The notes under the pieces: model-generated
Seen by the model: the letters and a program-made list of their open reading frames with translations, nothing else
What the model was told of the DNA's origin: nothing
The model's database searches: none
Shown here: in pieces, positions 1 to 691 of the stretch
Layout of the letters: the number at the start of each line of letters is the position of its first letter
Numbering within the stretch: position 1 is the stretch's first letter
Program-made: the position numbers and the translations under genes
From: Escherichia coli
GTDB taxonomy: Bacteria; Pseudomonadota; Gammaproteobacteria; Enterobacterales; Enterobacteriaceae
Reading direction: 5' to 3' (one strand)
Length of the DNA stretch: 691 bases
Assembly: GCF_003334815.1 (NCBI RefSeq)
Contig: NZ_QOWO01000121.1

Positions 1-38
1 GCCAGCGGCAGGCCGCGATGGTCGCAGTGGTACAGGTG
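1..38 (-). other. Probable N-terminal edge of the 'RHS repeat-associated core domain' ([13 protein letters not shown]…), continuing beyond the left window edge
   Basis: Translation of minus-strand codons 218-230 gives [13 protein letters not shown], a YD-like motif (Y-H-C-D-H-R-G-L). In my recollection of E. coli Rhs proteins this immediately precedes …EYDEWGNLL…GLYYNRHRYYDP…DPIGL, the end of the conserved core. Domain assignment is by recollection of the family consensus, not an HMM run. Confidence 0.55.
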
Positions 39-691
39 GATTTTTCGCGCCGGCGTGTACACCGGGTCCATCTGGTTTTGCATCTGCTCCACCGTCAGGC
101 CGCACGATGCCAGCCAGCGGCGGCTTTCCTCACTCACCCGGTCAGCCAGGATTTCACTTTCCAGCCGGTCGAGCATCTGCACCAGCACCGGCGGGAACAC
201 CACACTGCCACCGTCTTCGCCGCCGGACTGCTGAAGGGTATCCGCCAGGCTGCGGCGCTGCGTTTTCGCCAGCTCACCGGTGGCGGTTTCAACCCTGATG
301 AGTGGCGTGAAGCTCCCCGGCTGATAAATCGTCTGGATGCGGGTTCTGTCGTTCTGTATCGTGGTCAGGCGGTCGCCGTCCCAGCCGTACCAGGTCACTT
401 GCGGTTTCCGTGACAGCGACATCCAGCCCGTCAGGTCCCGTTCACGCCGCCATACCCGTTTTGCCACCCTGCGGCCCAGCGGGTCGTAAAGATAGCGACT
501 TTCGACCAGCGGCTCTGCATATTGTGTCCGCGTGTAGTGCACCAGCCGGTGCTGACTGTCGTAATGGTACCGGTGGGTGCGCTCATCATCCGTGCGGATA
601 ACCCCTTCCGGGATGAGGTCGGTTTTCTCTGTCAGCCTGCCGTGACGGTCATACCGGTAAAGATAGTGCGCGTCACGGGCGATACGGTTAT
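1..691 (-). CDS. rhs: Rhs-family YD-repeat protein, conserved core region (internal fragment, truncated at both window edges; codons in frame from + coordinate 689 down to 3, last 2 nt form a partial Ala codon)
   Basis: Seen in sequence: the minus-strand frame is open over the full window (229 codons, no stop), whereas the other frames are interrupted. The translation contains repeated YD-type motifs ([57 protein letters not shown]) matching the Rhs/YD-repeat consensus (Y-x-Y-D-x-x-G-R-L). Third codon positions are strongly G/C-biased in this frame. Recognition from memory, not a database search: the peptide is near-identical to the E. coli K-12 Rhs core (RhsA/B/C type). The paralog (rhsA/B/C/D or an orthologue in another enterobacterium) cannot be assigned from 691 nt of conserved core, so the symbol is the generic family name. 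Confidence 0.9.
354..395 (-). other. YD-repeat motif-encoding segment ([14 protein letters not shown]) within the Rhs CDS
   Basis: Direct translation of minus-strand codons 99-112; Y-G-W-D-x-x-(D)-R-L-T variant of the YD motif. Confidence 0.65.
453..497 (-). other. YD-repeat motif-encoding segment ([15 protein letters not shown]) within the Rhs CDS
   Basis: Direct translation of minus-strand codons 65-79; good match to the Y-x-Y-D-x-x-G-R consensus. Confidence 0.8.
531..569 (-). other. YD-repeat motif-encoding segment ([13 protein letters not shown]) within the Rhs CDS
   Basis: Direct translation of minus-strand codons 41-53; Y-x-Y-D…R-L pattern, degenerate (no Gly). Confidence 0.65.
627..665 (-). 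other. YD-repeat motif-encoding segment ([13 protein letters not shown]) within the Rhs CDS
   Basis: Direct translation of minus-strand codons 9-21; matches the YD-repeat consensus Y-x-Y-D-x-x-G-R-L-(T/I). Confidence 0.75.

Noticed and set aside
107-298. Plus-strand ORF of 63 aa ([16 protein letters not shown]…)
   Set aside because: Short, Pro/Gly/Ala/Arg-rich, antisense to and nested within the Rhs CDS, and overlapping the 18..413 ORF in another frame. A typical spurious ORF in GC-rich DNA.
18-413. Plus-strand ORF of 131 aa from the six-frame track ([32 protein letters not shown]…)
   Set aside because: It lies entirely antisense to the open Rhs reading frame. Its composition (Arg/His/Leu/Ala/Pro-rich, low complexity) is what the reverse complement of GC3-rich coding DNA produces. 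There is no convincing Shine-Dalgarno upstream (only a weak GGCAGG at 7..12) and no recognisable protein motif. Treated as a shadow ORF.
566-571. Short palindrome GGTACC (KpnI-type site) and neighbouring CCGGT/ACCGG symmetry
   Set aside because: A 6-bp palindrome inside coding sequence with no flanking stem-loop or A/T tract. No evidence of a terminator or regulatory operator; expected by chance.
410-601. Plus-strand ORF of 63 aa starting at GTG ([23 protein letters not shown]…)
   Set aside because: Non-ATG start, no RBS, low-complexity Pro/Ala/Gly-rich product, antisense to the strongly supported Rhs frame. Treated as a shadow ORF.
486-666. 10-mer direct repeat GTAAAGATAG at 486..495 and 657..666, 171 bp apart
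   Set aside because: On the minus strand both copies encode the Y-L-Y part of two YD repeats (CTATCTTTAC = …Y-L-Y…). The recurrence reflects protein-level repeat periodicity (57 codons apart), not a CRISPR repeat, IS inverted repeat or att site.
1-691. The suggestion that this window holds a previously undescribed biological system
   Set aside because: Every base is accounted for by the conserved core of a well-known Rhs polymorphic toxin gene. There is no intergenic space, accessory ORF or unexplained structure. Any novelty in the locus would sit in the variable toxin/immunity region outside this window.

Overview
The whole 691-nt window is an internal fragment of one gene on the minus strand: the conserved core of an enterobacterial Rhs-family (YD-repeat) polymorphic toxin. 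The minus-strand frame whose codons run 689->3 is open across the entire window (229 codons, no stop, no start), which is why it is absent from the supplied ORF track. Its translation (…[18 protein letters not shown]…[107 protein letters not shown]…[23 protein letters not shown]) carries several degenerate YD repeats and reads, from memory, as essentially the E. coli K-12 RhsA/B/C-type core just upstream of the 'RHS repeat-associated core domain'. The three plus-strand ORFs in the track are best explained as antisense shadow ORFs in GC-rich coding DNA. I see no RNA gene, CRISPR array, IS end, promoter or terminator here. Nothing inside this window supports a novel system; the variable part of an rhs locus (toxin tip and immunity gene) would lie just beyond the left edge, outside the window.
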